Assembly (NCBI GenBank): GCA_965247455.1
Contig: CBDFHE010000016.1
Location: forward strand, 79,101-143,100
DNA: 64,000 bases
Source: Candidatus Acidiferrales bacterium
Lineage (GTDB): Bacteria > Acidobacteriota > Terriglobia > Acidiferrales > 2-02-FULL-67-57
Reading direction: 5' to 3'
In this document: one piece after another, positions 43,807 through 54,052 of the stretch
How the letters are laid out: each line of letters starts with the position of its first letter
How positions within the stretch are numbered: the first letter of the stretch is position 1
Notes under the pieces: generated by a model
Seen by the model: only the letters and a program-made list of their open reading frames with translations
Told to the model about the DNA's origin: nothing
Database searches by the model: none
Program-made: the position numbers and the translations under genes

Positions 43807-44724
43807 TCATGAGCGTTGTTCTCTCGTTTGCTTCTGGTCGAGATAGATCTCGGCTGTGCGGCAGGCGAGAGCGCGCACTCGCCCAATCAAGGCTGCACGC
43901 TCGGTGGTGGAGATGGCGCCGCGCGCGTCCAGCAGGTTAAAGAGGTGGGAGCATTTCAAGCACAGGTCGTAGGCGGCCAAGATGGGATGGCGCTGCTTCT
44001 GGTCCGGTTGGCCTTCGCGCGGGTAGCTCTCCAGGATGCGATGGGCCTCTTGCTCCTGCAACTCCAGTAACTTGCGGTAGGTGTCGATGCTAGCCCAGTC
44101 GAAACTATAGGCTGAAAATTGCACCTCCTCTTCCCAGCGCACCTGCCCGTAGCTAACTTTTTGATTCCAGGCAAGTTCATAGGCGCTGGGGGAGTGTTGC
44201 AGAAGGGCGGCGATTCGCTCCAGGCCGTAGGTCAACTCCACCGGCACCACTCCCAGGTCCAATCCGCCACACTGCTGAAAGTAAGTGAACTGAGTAATCT
44301 CCAGCCCGTCCAGCAGGACCTGCCACCCCACGCCCCAGGCACCCAGGGTGGGAGCCTCCCAATTGTCCTCCTCGAAGCGGATGTCGTGCCGGCGGAGCTT
44401 GATTCCAATCGCTTCCAGGCTGGCGAGATAGAGGTCCTGCACTGCATCGGGGGCGGGCTTGAGGACAACCTGGAACTGGGTATGTTTGTAGAGGCGGTTA
44501 GGGTTCTCGCCGTAGCGGCCGTCAGCCGGGCGGCGGCTGGGCTGGACGTAGGCGACGGAGTACGGCTCGGGGCCGAGCACGCGCAGGAAGGTTTCCGGGT
44601 GCATGGTTCCGGCGCCGACCTCCAGGTCGTAGGGCTGCTGGATGATGCAGCCTTGCTCGGCCCAAAACCGGCTAAGCATAAATACTAGTTCCTGAAAAGT
44701 CAGGCCGGGGCGGGACGAAGCCAT
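43807..44724 (-). CDS. glyQ: Glycine-tRNA ligase alpha subunit
   Basis: [42 protein letters not shown] and ELTYGLER. Confidence 0.97.
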   Translation of the reverse strand: MASSRPGLTFQELVFMLSRFWAEQGCIIQQPYDLEVGAGTMHPETFLRVLGPEPYSVAYVQPSRRPADGRYGENPNRLYKHTQFQVVLKPAPDAVQDLYLASLEAIGIKLRRHDIRFEEDNWEAPTLGAWGVGWQVLLDGLEITQFTYFQQCGGLDLGVVPVELTYGLERIAALLQHSPSAYELAWNQKVSYGQVRWEEEVQFSAYSFDWASIDTYRKLLELQEQEAHRILESYPREGQPDQKQRHPILAAYDLCLKCSHLFNLLDARGAISTTERAALIGRVRALACRTAEIYLDQKQTREQRS

Positions 44725-44743
44725 GAGCCGCCTGCGCTTCTTC

Positions 44744-45490
44744 TTAAGCTGTTTCATGGAGTGGTTCCCGAGTCGCTAGTTTGTGCTCGGCGTGGTGTTC
44801 GATCAAGTCCAGTAGGTAGCGTTGCAACTCCAGCAGCGGACCCTTGTGCGGGTCGTGGGCTACAAGACGGGTCAAGGGTTGGGCCAACATCTGGGCGGCA
44901 ACCCGGCGGCTCTCTGCGCTGAGTGTGCGCGTTGCTGCCAGGGTGCAGGTGGAACAAAACAGTTGGTCGAGGGAAGAGCTCACCCCCCCGGACTCTGCCT
45001 CGGCCAGGCGGCGGTTGCAGCGGCTGCACCGGTCGAGGTCAGGCAGCCAACCAGCCAAGCGCAAGCTCCAGAGCTGGAAGTAGGGCAAGGCCAGCCAACT
45101 GGGTTGTCCTTGCCGGATTGCTTGCAGGGTCATGAGGGTGAGACGAAAGGTGCGCTCGGAGGGTTCGCGTTCGGGCAGGAGAAGTTCGCAGAGTTCCGCG
45201 ATGTGACTGAACGCGACGCTCGATTCGTACTGCGTCGCCCCCTCCCAGAACGGCTGAATCAATTCGCACTCTTGCAAGCGGACCAACTCTCGATGCTCCC
45301 TGTCAAAAAACCACAGCCGCACATGCGTCAGCGGTTCCAGCGCGGGGCCGAAGCGCCGTCGAGATTTGCGCGCCGCTGGCGCCACCCCGCGCAGCCGCCC
45401 GCAGCGGCGACTGAGGAAGCTGACCAGTTTGTCGGCCTCCGAAAAAGGAGTGGATCGAAGTATGATCGCTTCTGATTCGACCAGCGGCAT
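44744..45490 (-). CDS. recO: DNA repair protein RecO
   Basis: [16 protein letters not shown], zinc finger CSRC...CSTC; upstream of glyQS. Confidence 0.88.
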   Translation of the reverse strand: MPLVESEAIILRSTPFSEADKLVSFLSRRCGRLRGVAPAARKSRRRFGPALEPLTHVRLWFFDREHRELVRLQECELIQPFWEGATQYESSVAFSHIAELCELLLPEREPSERTFRLTLMTLQAIRQGQPSWLALPYFQLWSLRLAGWLPDLDRCSRCNRRLAEAESGGVSSSLDQLFCSTCTLAATRTLSAESRRVAAQMLAQPLTRLVAHDPHKGPLLELQRYLLDLIEHHAEHKLATREPLHETA

Positions 45491-45686
45491 GGACGCCTGC
45501 GGTCGGCATGCCGACATCCACAGCGGAGGTCGCCCCGGCCGCCCGAATCGCTGAGCCTAGCACAGGCTGCCGCGCGAGACAAACGATGCGCGTGTTTTGG
45601 GGAGTATTTTTATTTAGAATTATTATAAATAGTGGAAAGGGCTTTTTTCTTTTCTTCAACTCAGGTAGAGTGAATTACCATTGACG

Positions 45687-46658
45687 ATGACGAACTCAAC
45701 CTTTGACGTAGTGGGACTGGGCTTGAACGCCACCGACGTGGCCATCGAGTCTCCCGTCTATCCGGGCTTCAACAGCAAGGTGGAGTTTACCTCCTCCAGT
45801 TGGCAGGCAGGCGGGCAGGTGGCGACGGCGATGGTGGTGTGCCAGCGGTTGGGGCTGCGGGCCAAGTATGTGGGCCGGCTGGGATCAGACCCGATGGGGG
45901 AGTTCCAACGCGAGAGCTTGGCGCGCGAAGGCCTCGACATCAGCGACACCCAGGTGGTAGAGGGCTGTCCCAATCAGATGGCCTACATCGTGATTGACAA
46001 GAGCACCGGTGAGCGCACGATTCTGTGGCGTCGTGACCCGCGCCTGACCATCCGCCCGGAGGAGTTGCGCCCGGAGATGTTCACGCGGGCGCGGGCGCTG
46101 CACCTCGACGGTCACGACACGGCCGCCGCCGTTCAAGCGGCTCGCTGGGCTCGTGCCGCCGGCGTTCCGGTGGCGCTGGATGTAGATAACATCTACCCGG
46201 GGGTGGACGACCTGCTGGCGAATATCGACTACCTGATCGGTTCCTCCCGCTTCCCCTCGGCCTACATCGGTGAGCACGACATCTTCCGCGCGTTGGAAGA
46301 AATCCAGCGCCGGCATCCAATGAAATTGGTGGCAGCCACCTTGGGGCGGGATGGCATCGTGGCGCTGGAAAACGGTCGTTTCATTTACCAGCCGGGCTAC
46401 GAGGTCGCCTGCCGGGATACCACTGGCGCAGGCGACGTCTTCCACGGCGCCTTTATCTACGCTTTGCTGCAAGGCTGGTCCACTGAGCGCATCCTGGACT
46501 TCAGCAATGCCATGGCAGGCTTGAGTTGCCAGAGCACCGGCGCGCGCGGCGGCATTGCCACCCGGGAAGAAGCGGAAAAGCTGATGGCCAACAGCCGCCG
46601 CAATCCGCTGCGTTGGACCAGCCTGCCAACGCCCTCCCGCGACGGGGTCCCGCGATGA
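45687..46658 (+). CDS. PfkB/ribokinase-family carbohydrate kinase
   Basis: GGQVATA, GRLGSDPMG and DTTGAGDVFHGAF. Confidence 0.9.
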   Translation: MTNSTFDVVGLGLNATDVAIESPVYPGFNSKVEFTSSSWQAGGQVATAMVVCQRLGLRAKYVGRLGSDPMGEFQRESLAREGLDISDTQVVEGCPNQMAYIVIDKSTGERTILWRRDPRLTIRPEELRPEMFTRARALHLDGHDTAAAVQAARWARAAGVPVALDVDNIYPGVDDLLANIDYLIGSSRFPSAYIGEHDIFRALEEIQRRHPMKLVAATLGRDGIVALENGRFIYQPGYEVACRDTTGAGDVFHGAFIYALLQGWSTERILDFSNAMAGLSCQSTGARGGIATREEAEKLMANSRRNPLRWTSLPTPSRDGVPR

Positions 46659-47353
46659 TTCCCCTGCGGGACGCTAACCCCTCCGCGACCCGCCCATTTG
46701 TAACTATCGCTCTTATCGTGTTGAATTCATTAGCTTTTCTTTATGAAATCGCTCTCAGCGAGCGGGGCTTGCAGCAGTTGTTCTTCACCCTGGGGATGGT
46801 GCCCGCGCGGGTGGGCCTCTTCCCTGCCCATCCCGACGTCACGTTCGGCGATGCCGTCTTCCCCTTGTTCACCAGCATGTTTCTGCACGGTGGCTGGATG
46901 CATCTGATCGGCAACATGTGGTTCCTCTGGATTTTCGGCGACAACATTGAGGACTACCTGGGCCACTTGCGTTATCTTTTCTTTTATCTGCTGTGTGGCC
47001 TCGGCGCCGGCATCACCCACACCCTCTTCAATTGGAATTCGCTCATTCCCTCCATTGGTGCCAGCGGTGCGGTGGCGGGGGTGCTGGGCGCCTACCTGCT
47101 TCTCTACCCCAAGGCTCGCGTGCTTACGCTCATTCCCGTCTTCTTTCTGTTCACGGTCGAGCTGCCGGCGGTGGTGATCTTGCTCTACTGGTTCGCCATC
47201 CAGTTCTTTAGCGGGGCGGCCTCGATTGGAGCCGAAGGCGGCGGCGTGGCCTGGTGGGCGCACGTGGGCGGTTTTGTGCTGGGCTTTGCCTTGGTGAAGA
47301 GGTTCGGGGGGCGCCCCCGCCGCCCCGCCGTCCACTACCGCATCGTGGACTAG
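46655..47353 (+). CDS. Rhomboid-family intramembrane serine protease
   Basis: MFLHGGWMHLIGNM, GASGAV (catalytic Ser) and AHVGGF (catalytic His). ATGA overlap with the kinase gene. Confidence 0.92.
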   Translation: MIPLRDANPSATRPFVTIALIVLNSLAFLYEIALSERGLQQLFFTLGMVPARVGLFPAHPDVTFGDAVFPLFTSMFLHGGWMHLIGNMWFLWIFGDNIEDYLGHLRYLFFYLLCGLGAGITHTLFNWNSLIPSIGASGAVAGVLGAYLLLYPKARVLTLIPVFFLFTVELPAVVILLYWFAIQFFSGAASIGAEGGGVAWWAHVGGFVLGFALVKRFGGRPRRPAVHYRIVD

Positions 47354-47381
47354 TGCCGTTTCAACTGGTTGGAACGGTATT
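47354..47381. terminator. Hairpin between convergent genes (candidate bidirectional terminator)
   Basis: TGCCGTTTCAAC-TG-GTTGGAACGGTA, imperfect stem. Confidence 0.4.
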
Positions 47382-48469
47382 AGCTGCGGGCAGCTTTGGC
47401 AGGGTACTGCGCGGTGATGTAGTCGGCCATCCAGTCTCCGACTTCGGAGGTCTTCAGGCTGCCGCCCAGGTCGCGCGCCGTGTTTCCGGTTTCCATCGAA
47501 GCGCGCGCGGCCTGCTCCACCCATTCGGCTTCTTACTGCAGGCCGAGGTGGTCCAGCAGCATCCCGGCGGTCAGGATGGCGGCCATGGGGTTGGCCACAT
47601 TCTTGCCGGCATATTTGGGTGCTGAGCCGTGTACCGGCTCAAACATGGAGAGCCCGTCGGGATTGACGTTGCCGGAGGCCGCCAGCCCCAGTCCGCCCAC
47701 CAGCGCCGCGCCCAGGTCGCTGATGATGTCGCGCGATGACGAACATGTTGCAAGTAACGATCACGTCGAATTGGGTGGGGTTCTTGATCAGTTGGAAGGT
47801 CAGGTTGTCCACGTAGAGGTGGCGCGATTCGATCTCCGGGTACTGCGGCTGCAATTCGGCGAACACGCGCTGCCAGAGGTCGTGTCCGTAGGTGAGGGCG
47901 TTGGACTTGTCGCTCATCAGCAGCCGCTTACGCCCGTGGGCGCGCGCGTACTCGAAGGCGAAGCGGATGATGCGCTCCACCCCCTTGTAGGTGTTCACGT
48001 CCTCTTGGATGGCCACTTCATCCTGGGTATTTTTCTTGAAGTTTCCGCCCATGTTGACGTAGAGGCCCTCGGTGTTCTCGCTGACGACAACAAAGTCGAG
48101 GTCGCCCACGCCGCGGTCGCGCAGCGGCGTAAGCGGCGGGGCCAGCAGTTTGACCGGGCGGATGTTGGCGTAGAGTTCCAGGCCAAAGCGCAGGCCGAAG
48201 AGGATGTCGGCGGCGTGCTTCATATCGGGCACGCGCGGGTCGCCCAGCGCGCCCAGGAACACCACGTCGTAGTTCCGGCGCAGGTCGTCGAGCGCGCCTT
48301 CGGGCAGCGAGACGCCGGTGGCTAGGTAGCGCTCCACCCCCCAGTCGAATTCCGTGGAGACGAATTCGTGCCCGCCGGTTTCGGCCACGGCCCGCAGCAC
48401 TTTGATCGCCTCCGGGGTCACATCCAGGCCAATCCCGTCGCCGGGAATCACCGCAATCCGTTTCTTCAT
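47380..48469 (-). pseudogene. Isocitrate/isopropylmalate/tartrate dehydrogenase family gene (leuB-like), disrupted
   Basis: IAVIPGDGIG.DV, NMF[G]DIISD and EPVHGSAP are recognisable. Lesions: a 7-bp insertion at about 47733-47739 (frameshift), an in-frame TAA at 47533-47535, and RENTEG changed to SENTEG. Confidence 0.85.
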
Positions 48470-48537
48470 CGGTTCTCTCTCGTGGGGCTGCCAACAGACA
48501 AGAAAGACAGAATATACCACGCCGGGAGAGGTTTCAT

Positions 48538-49407
48538 CTATCCCTTGCCCCGCTCGGCCAGGTACACGCCGGTCAAGACCAACGCGCCACCGCCCAGCAG
48601 GTAGGGGGTCACGCGCTCGCCCAGCAGCAGAATCCCCAGAGCGATTGCCAGCACAGGTTGCATGTAGTTAAAGACAATCACGCGCGTGGCGGCGATCTTG
48701 GTCAGGGCGTAGTAGAAAATCATGTGGGCCAGCACGGAGGCCACCGCGGCCATGTACACCACTCCCAGCCAGCCCTTCCAGCTCACCGCCTCCCAATTGA
48801 CCCGGAAGAGCTGCCAGCCGCCCACCGGCAACACGATCAGGGCTCCGGCCAGGTACGCAAAAGTGTTAAGAGTGAGCGTGTCGTAGCGCGCGCTGACCCG
48901 CTTGCCGTGCACGACATAGAAGGCAAAGGCGGTCGCGCCGCCCAGCGAAATCATGTCGCCCAGCAGGGTGGGACTGTTGGAACTGAAGCCATGCTCGCCG
49001 GTCAGTATCACCACCCCCGTGAACGAGAGTCCCATCCCCAGCGCCTTGAGAAAGCTGAGCGACTCCAGCTTCATGCGCGTCGCCAAGATCAACACAAAAA
49101 CCGGACTGAGCGCAATCATCAGCGAGGAGTGGCCGACGGTGGTGTAGTGGATGCCTACGGTGAAGCCAGTCTGGTTTATCGCTACTCCCAGCAACCCCAG
49201 CAGCGCAAAGTTGCGCCAATCCCCCGGCTGCAACTGCCTGCGCCGGTTCTTCCCCCGGCTGAAGTACACCGCTAACAGGATCGCCGCCGACAGCCACACC
49301 CGCAGCACCAGCAGCGCAAAGGGCGGCACTTCCTGCAAGGTAAATTTCGCCACCACGAAGTTCGCCGACCAGGCGAGCACCATGATGATCAGCAGAACGT
49401 AGAGCAT
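48538..49407 (-). CDS. EamA/DMT family transporter
   Basis: About ten hydrophobic helices in two repeats; PFALLVLR, LSPVFV and QPVLAIALG. Confidence 0.88.
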   Translation of the reverse strand: MLYVLLIIMVLAWSANFVVAKFTLQEVPPFALLVLRVWLSAAILLAVYFSRGKNRRRQLQPGDWRNFALLGLLGVAINQTGFTVGIHYTTVGHSSLMIALSPVFVLILATRMKLESLSFLKALGMGLSFTGVVILTGEHGFSSNSPTLLGDMISLGGATAFAFYVVHGKRVSARYDTLTLNTFAYLAGALIVLPVGGWQLFRVNWEAVSWKGWLGVVYMAAVASVLAHMIFYYALTKIAATRVIVFNYMQPVLAIALGILLLGERVTPYLLGGGALVLTGVYLAERGKG

Positions 49408-49571
49408 CGTCAAATCTGTTCGGGCGGGCCGGCGCCTCAGCGGGCTCCGCACAGCTGAGAAAACTTCTGCTGCTAAAAACAGCGATAATGAACTACTTTG
49501 ACGGAGAGCGAAAGGGCCAAATTGGCAGCGGGTGAATCAGCGGCGCACAAACTCTACGCAGCTCCTTTTGA

Positions 49572-49617
49572 CAGTTTGGAAGAGGTGCGGAGTTTATCCC
49601 CGTACGGGGGCACCCGC
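49572..49617 (+). repeat. R5 repeat whose 3-nt loop is replaced by a 21-nt insert containing CCCCGTACGGGG
   Basis: CAGTTTGGAAGAGGTGC-GGAGTTTATCCCCGTACGGGG-GCACCCGC. Confidence 0.7.
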
Positions 49618-49687
49618 TCCGCTCGCATCTTTCACGGAGAGCCGAGATTAGGCCCACTACGGTCGCTCATGCTGGGGGTAGCAACTG

Positions 49688-50800
49688 TTACTGCGCGCGC
49701 CAGGTTTCCTGCCGGACGGTGAGTTGCTCCACCCGCTGCCGCCGAACCGCGTAGCCCAACCCGGGCGCAGTCGACACCCGGATGGTGCCCGCTGGGGTGA
49801 CCTCAACTTCCGGCGCAATGATGTCCTCCTCCCAATAACGCTGGCTGGCGGAGACATCCCCCGGCAGCACGAAGCCCGCCAGCGTGGACATGGCGATGTT
49901 GTGCGCCCGCCCCACGCCTGACTCCAGCATCCCCCCGCACCACACCGGAATGGAACGCGCCCGGCAAACCTCCTCGACCCGCCGGGCTTCCGTGTGCCCG
50001 CCCACGCGCCCCAGCTTGACATTGATGATCTGGCAGGCCCGCGACTCAATCGCCGCCTGCGCGTGCCGGGCGTGGTGGATGGATTCATCCAGGCAGATAG
50101 GGGTTTGCAGTTGCGCCTGGAGCTGGGCGTGCTCGTGGATATCGTCCCAGGGCAGCGGCTGCTCGATCATCATCAGGTAGTAGTCGTCCAGCTTCTTTAG
50201 GTGTTCGGCGTCCGCCAGCCGGTAGGCCGAGTTGGCGTCCACCATCAGCTTCAACTGCGGGAACTTCTCCCGCACCGCCCGCACCAGTTGCAGGTCTTTC
50301 CCCGGCTTGACCTTAATCTTGATGCGCTGGTAGCCCGCTTTTAGTTCCGTGTCAATCTTGCTCAGCAGGGCTTCGGTCGTGGCCTGGAGGCCGATGGAAA
50401 CTCCGCAGGCAATCTCCTCATATGTTCCGCCCAGCAGCTTCGCCAGCGGCAAGCCTTTCTGCTGCGCTTCCACGTCCCACAGGGCATTTTCCACTCCCGC
50501 CTTGGCCATTTGGTGGCCGCGGATGGCCGCCAGCACGGCGGGCATCTCGCAAGCTGAAGCGAGCTTTCGGCCCAACAGCAGCGGCGCGATGAAGTCCCGC
50601 ACGATGTGCCAGGCGGTGTCGATGGTTTCGTAGTTGTAGAAGGGGCCTTCGGGGGCGGTGATTTCTCCCCAACCGCTGAGCCCGTCGGCGTGGACCTCGA
50701 CCAACGGAATGCGCCGCTCGCGCGTGACTCCGAAGCTGGTCTCAAAGGGCGCGCGCAGCTCCATCCGCAGTTCGCGCAGGGTGATGGCTTCAACCCGCAT
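49688..50800 (-). CDS. menC: o-Succinylbenzoate synthase / N-succinylamino acid racemase (enolase superfamily)
   Basis: [39 protein letters not shown] and [15 protein letters not shown]. Confidence 0.88.
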   Translation of the reverse strand: MRVEAITLRELRMELRAPFETSFGVTRERRIPLVEVHADGLSGWGEITAPEGPFYNYETIDTAWHIVRDFIAPLLLGRKLASACEMPAVLAAIRGHQMAKAGVENALWDVEAQQKGLPLAKLLGGTYEEIACGVSIGLQATTEALLSKIDTELKAGYQRIKIKVKPGKDLQLVRAVREKFPQLKLMVDANSAYRLADAEHLKKLDDYYLMMIEQPLPWDDIHEHAQLQAQLQTPICLDESIHHARHAQAAIESRACQIINVKLGRVGGHTEARRVEEVCRARSIPVWCGGMLESGVGRAHNIAMSTLAGFVLPGDVSASQRYWEEDIIAPEVEVTPAGTIRVSTAPGLGYAVRRQRVEQLTVRQETWRAQ

Positions 50801-51545
50801 AGGGCTCCAGCAGGTAGGTGCCGGCTTGGTCGGTCAGCTCAAAGCCGGTGACGGCGTAGCCCTGTCCCAACCAGTGTTCAAACTGCCGGCGCGCTTCCGC
50901 CTGAATTCTTTCCGCTGCCGCCGCGTCGGTCCCCTTCAGCTCGCTGATGGCGCGCGGCACCGCCACTCGTTGCCGATCGGCGGCGGGCGTCGGCGGCTCG
51001 CCGCGCAGGATGGCCTCGACGCGCGCGCTCTTCAGCCACCACTCGGCCACCAGCCGGTCGGTGGGCAAGTTGCTGTGCAGCGGGCTGGTGGTGCGGCCGT
51101 ACTTGTTGCGGACGAATTTCCGCACCAGCGCCCCCAGGCGCACGATGTTGAAGTAGGCGTTTTTCAACTCCAGCGGGTCGAAGGTCCACTCCACCAGCTC
51201 AATCCCCCGCGCCAGCGCGTCTTCCCGTTGCTGCAACTTCAGCCGCCGACCGACGCCTTTGTCGCGATAGTCCGCCAGCACCGCCGTCATGTGGGAGTGG
51301 AGATAGTTTCGCCCCCCGCGAATGCCCGGCACTGAAACCAGAAACCCGATCTGCTCGGCTCCGTCGAAGGCGCCGAAGACTTGGCCGCCTATGCCAGCCG
51401 CGACCACGAAGATTTCCTTAGGCACCAGCTCCAAATCAGTAAAACCCCAGACCTCTCGCTGCAACTCGACGCAGCGGTTGAACTCTTCCAGCGTGGCTAA
51501 GGGGCGAATCTGAATGCCCTCCGCTCTGGCCTGTTTTGGGTTCAT
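50790..51545 (-). CDS. GNAT-family acyltransferase (putative D-amino acid N-succinyltransferase)
   Basis: [33 protein letters not shown] and TDRLVAEW; overlaps menC. Confidence 0.78.
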   Translation of the reverse strand: MNPKQARAEGIQIRPLATLEEFNRCVELQREVWGFTDLELVPKEIFVVAAGIGGQVFGAFDGAEQIGFLVSVPGIRGGRNYLHSHMTAVLADYRDKGVGRRLKLQQREDALARGIELVEWTFDPLELKNAYFNIVRLGALVRKFVRNKYGRTTSPLHSNLPTDRLVAEWWLKSARVEAILRGEPPTPAADRQRVAVPRAISELKGTDAAAAERIQAEARRQFEHWLGQGYAVTGFELTDQAGTYLLEPYAG

Positions 51546-51704
51546 CTGCTGCGACTTACCCCCGCTTTCTTCTCCTTCAGGTTGGAGCGTTGCGCAAAAC
51601 CCGACGAAATCAAAGAGAGAGATTGTACCTGATTTGAGGGTGGGTGCGCACAGTCGGGCCGCCCTTCGCCTGCCCCACCAATTAGGGCGAGGGCGCCACT
51701 CACA

Positions 51705-52490
51705 TCAGCCTTTTTGTTTACTGCGCTCCCACAGGGCGTCCAGTTCCGCTAGGCTGGCGTCCTCCAGCCGCTTGCCCTGCCGGGCCAATTCCCATTCGAT
51801 TTCCTGGAAGCGGTCGACAAACTTTCGGTTGGTGCGCCGCAGCGCCACTTCGGGATCGAAGCCCAGGAACCGCGCCACGTTGGTAGCTACGAACAGCAGG
51901 TCACCGACTTCGTCTTCGATCCGCTGTTGGTCCTTGGTGGAAAGCGCCTGGCGAAGTTCGCTCACCTCTTCGCTGAGCTTCGCCAGCACGTCCTCCAGCC
52001 GCTCCCAGTCAAAGCCTACCTGCGCCGCCTTGCGCGTTAGTTGGTAAGCTTCCACCAGCGACGGCAGGTTCCTCCCTACCCCGCTCAGGTGGGAGCGGTT
52101 GCCCTGGGATTCGCGCTCGGCGGACTTCAGCGCTTCCCAATTCACCTTGACCTGCTCGGGGGTATTGGCGCGCGCCGTGCCGAAGACGTGCGGGTGGCGG
52201 CGCACAAGTTTCTCGTGCAAGCTGTTGAGAACGTCATCAATGGCGAAGCGCCCCTGCTCGCGGGCGATTTGCGCGTGGAAGATGATTTGCAGCAGCAGGT
52301 CGCCCAGCTCGTCCTGGAGTGCGCGCGGGTCGTCTCGCTCGATGGCGTCCAGCACCTCGTAGGTTTCCTCCAGCAGGTAGGTGCGCAGGCTGCGGGCGTC
52401 CTGCTCTCGGTCCCAGGGGCAGCCGTCGGGTGCGCGCAGCCGCGCCATCAGCGCTACCAGGTCTTCAAAGCTGCGTTTCGGTTTTGTCAT
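51705..52490 (-). CDS. mazG: Nucleoside triphosphate pyrophosphohydrolase
   Basis: GCPWDREQ, LLEETYEV, ELGDLLLQ, RRHPHVF and EDEVGDLLF. Confidence 0.95.
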   Translation of the reverse strand: MTKPKRSFEDLVALMARLRAPDGCPWDREQDARSLRTYLLEETYEVLDAIERDDPRALQDELGDLLLQIIFHAQIAREQGRFAIDDVLNSLHEKLVRRHPHVFGTARANTPEQVKVNWEALKSAERESQGNRSHLSGVGRNLPSLVEAYQLTRKAAQVGFDWERLEDVLAKLSEEVSELRQALSTKDQQRIEDEVGDLLFVATNVARFLGFDPEVALRRTNRKFVDRFQEIEWELARQGKRLEDASLAELDALWERSKQKG

Positions 52491-52645
52491 GCTTTGGCCG
52501 TGACCAACCGGCGAAACCGAAACTTTACGCGCAACCCCCTGCGCGGGCAACCCCCGCTGTGGGTGCGGGCAAGAGAGTTCCCCTCAGGGCGATCCCTTGG
52601 GCAGAAGCCTCGGGCTGAAGCCTTCAGGACGAGGCCCCGCCACTC

Positions 52646-52673
52646 TGTCATCCCGAGCGAAGTCGAGGGATCT
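52646..52673. repeat. TGTCATCCCGAGCGAAGTCGAGGGATCT repeat (family R3), uninterrupted
   Basis: Reverse-complement relative of the reconstructed hosts at 2193-2210 and 3661-3705. Confidence 0.75.
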
Positions 52674-52757
52674 GCTTTTCGCTCCACCGGTCCCCGCCCG
52701 CGCAGCTTGAGGTGCGCAGTGCGCAGATGGTACACTGCTTCGGTTGCAAACATACCT

Positions 52758-53273
52758 ATGAGTGATAAAGAGAAAGAACCGGAGACCGTCCGCGTAGTTG
52801 ACCGGCGCCGCTTTACCGACCAGGGTGAGCGCCGCAAGGACATGGAGGAAAGCGACCACGCCCAGGAGTCGCCGCGCGTGTTGGGCTCTCCGCCGCCCCC
52901 GCGTTCTGAGCCTGCCGCCAGCGCGACCTCCCAGCCCAACTCTCGCGCTGCTCGCGAGACGCGCCGGACGGCTGAGCCTGCGCTTCCCGGGGGCGAGCGC
53001 CAGATGGACTTCGAAACCCTGGTGCTCTCGCTCTCCACCACCGCCATGTACCAGTTGGGTTTGGTGGAGGGTCCAGACCGGGCTCCCATCCCCGCCGACC
53101 TGCAGGCCGCCCGCCAGACGCTCGATATGCTGGCCGTGATTGAGGAGAAAACGCGCGGCAACCTGAGCACGCGCGAACAGCAGTTGCTGGAGCAGGCGCT
53201 CTACGAGTTGCGGCTTACCTACGTCCAGCTTGCCGGCCAGAAGACACCTGCCCCGTCCAGCGCCAGTCCCTAA
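52758..53273 (+). CDS. DUF1844 domain protein
   Basis: RVVDRRRF, FETLVLSL, ARQTLDML..IEEKTRGNL and ALYELRL. Confidence 0.8.
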   Translation: MSDKEKEPETVRVVDRRRFTDQGERRKDMEESDHAQESPRVLGSPPPPRSEPAASATSQPNSRAARETRRTAEPALPGGERQMDFETLVLSLSTTAMYQLGLVEGPDRAPIPADLQAARQTLDMLAVIEEKTRGNLSTREQQLLEQALYELRLTYVQLAGQKTPAPSSASP

Positions 53274-53279
53274 TTCCTC

Positions 53280-54050
53280 ATGGCCCCTTTGCGGTTGACC
53301 TTCCTCGGCACCGGCACTTCCATGGGCGTTCCCACGCTGGGTTGCCCCTGCGCCGTCTGCCGCTCCGACGACCTGCGCGACCAGCGCACCCGCCCCAGCC
53401 TGCTGCTCCAATACGACGGCCGGGCGGTAGTGATTGACACCTCTCCCGACTTCCGCCAGCAGGCGCTGCGCGCGGGCCTCAGCCGGGTGGACGCCGTTCT
53501 CTACACCCACGCGCACGCCGACCACATCCTGGGGCTGGACGACCTGCGCCCCTTCAACCTCCGGCAAGGCCAAATTCCGCTCTATGCCAATCGCGCCACC
53601 CGCGAGACTATCCAGCGCATCTTCTCCTATGTGTTCGGCGGCGGCACGCTCAACAGCACCATCCCCGAGGTGAGGTTCGCAGATATTGACGGGCCCTTTG
53701 ACCTCTTCGGCCTGCGCTTCGTGCCCTTTCCGCTCGAACACGGCGACATGGGCGTGCTCGGGTTCCGCTTCGGGCGGGCCGCCTACGCCACCGACTTCAG
53801 TACCATCCCGCCCGCGGCGCTGGCCGAGTTGCAGGGCCTGGACGTGCTCATCTTGGACGCCCTCCGCGACCGCCCGCATCCCAACCATTCCACCGTGGAG
53901 CAGTCGGTGGAGCTGGTGCGGCAACTGCAACCCCGCCGGGCCTACTTCACCCACATCGCCCACGACCTCGCCCACGCGGAGACCAATGCGCGCCTGCCCG
54001 CCGGGGTCGAGCTGGCCTACGACGGCCTGGCGCTGGAGGTGGAGAGTTGA
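53280..54050 (+). CDS. Metallo-beta-lactamase-fold hydrolase (PhnP-like phosphodiesterase)
   Basis: LGTGTSMGVP..GC.C..C, THAHADHILG, HPNH and THIAH. Confidence 0.9.
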   Translation: MAPLRLTFLGTGTSMGVPTLGCPCAVCRSDDLRDQRTRPSLLLQYDGRAVVIDTSPDFRQQALRAGLSRVDAVLYTHAHADHILGLDDLRPFNLRQGQIPLYANRATRETIQRIFSYVFGGGTLNSTIPEVRFADIDGPFDLFGLRFVPFPLEHGDMGVLGFRFGRAAYATDFSTIPPAALAELQGLDVLILDALRDRPHPNHSTVEQSVELVRQLQPRRAYFTHIAHDLAHAETNARLPAGVELAYDGLALEVES

Positions 54051-54052
54051 CC

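Noticed and set aside
49589-49613. CRISPR repeat (GTTTATCCCCG resembles type I-E repeats)
   Set aside because: Single copy, no spacers, no cas genes; better explained as an insert in an R5 hairpin.
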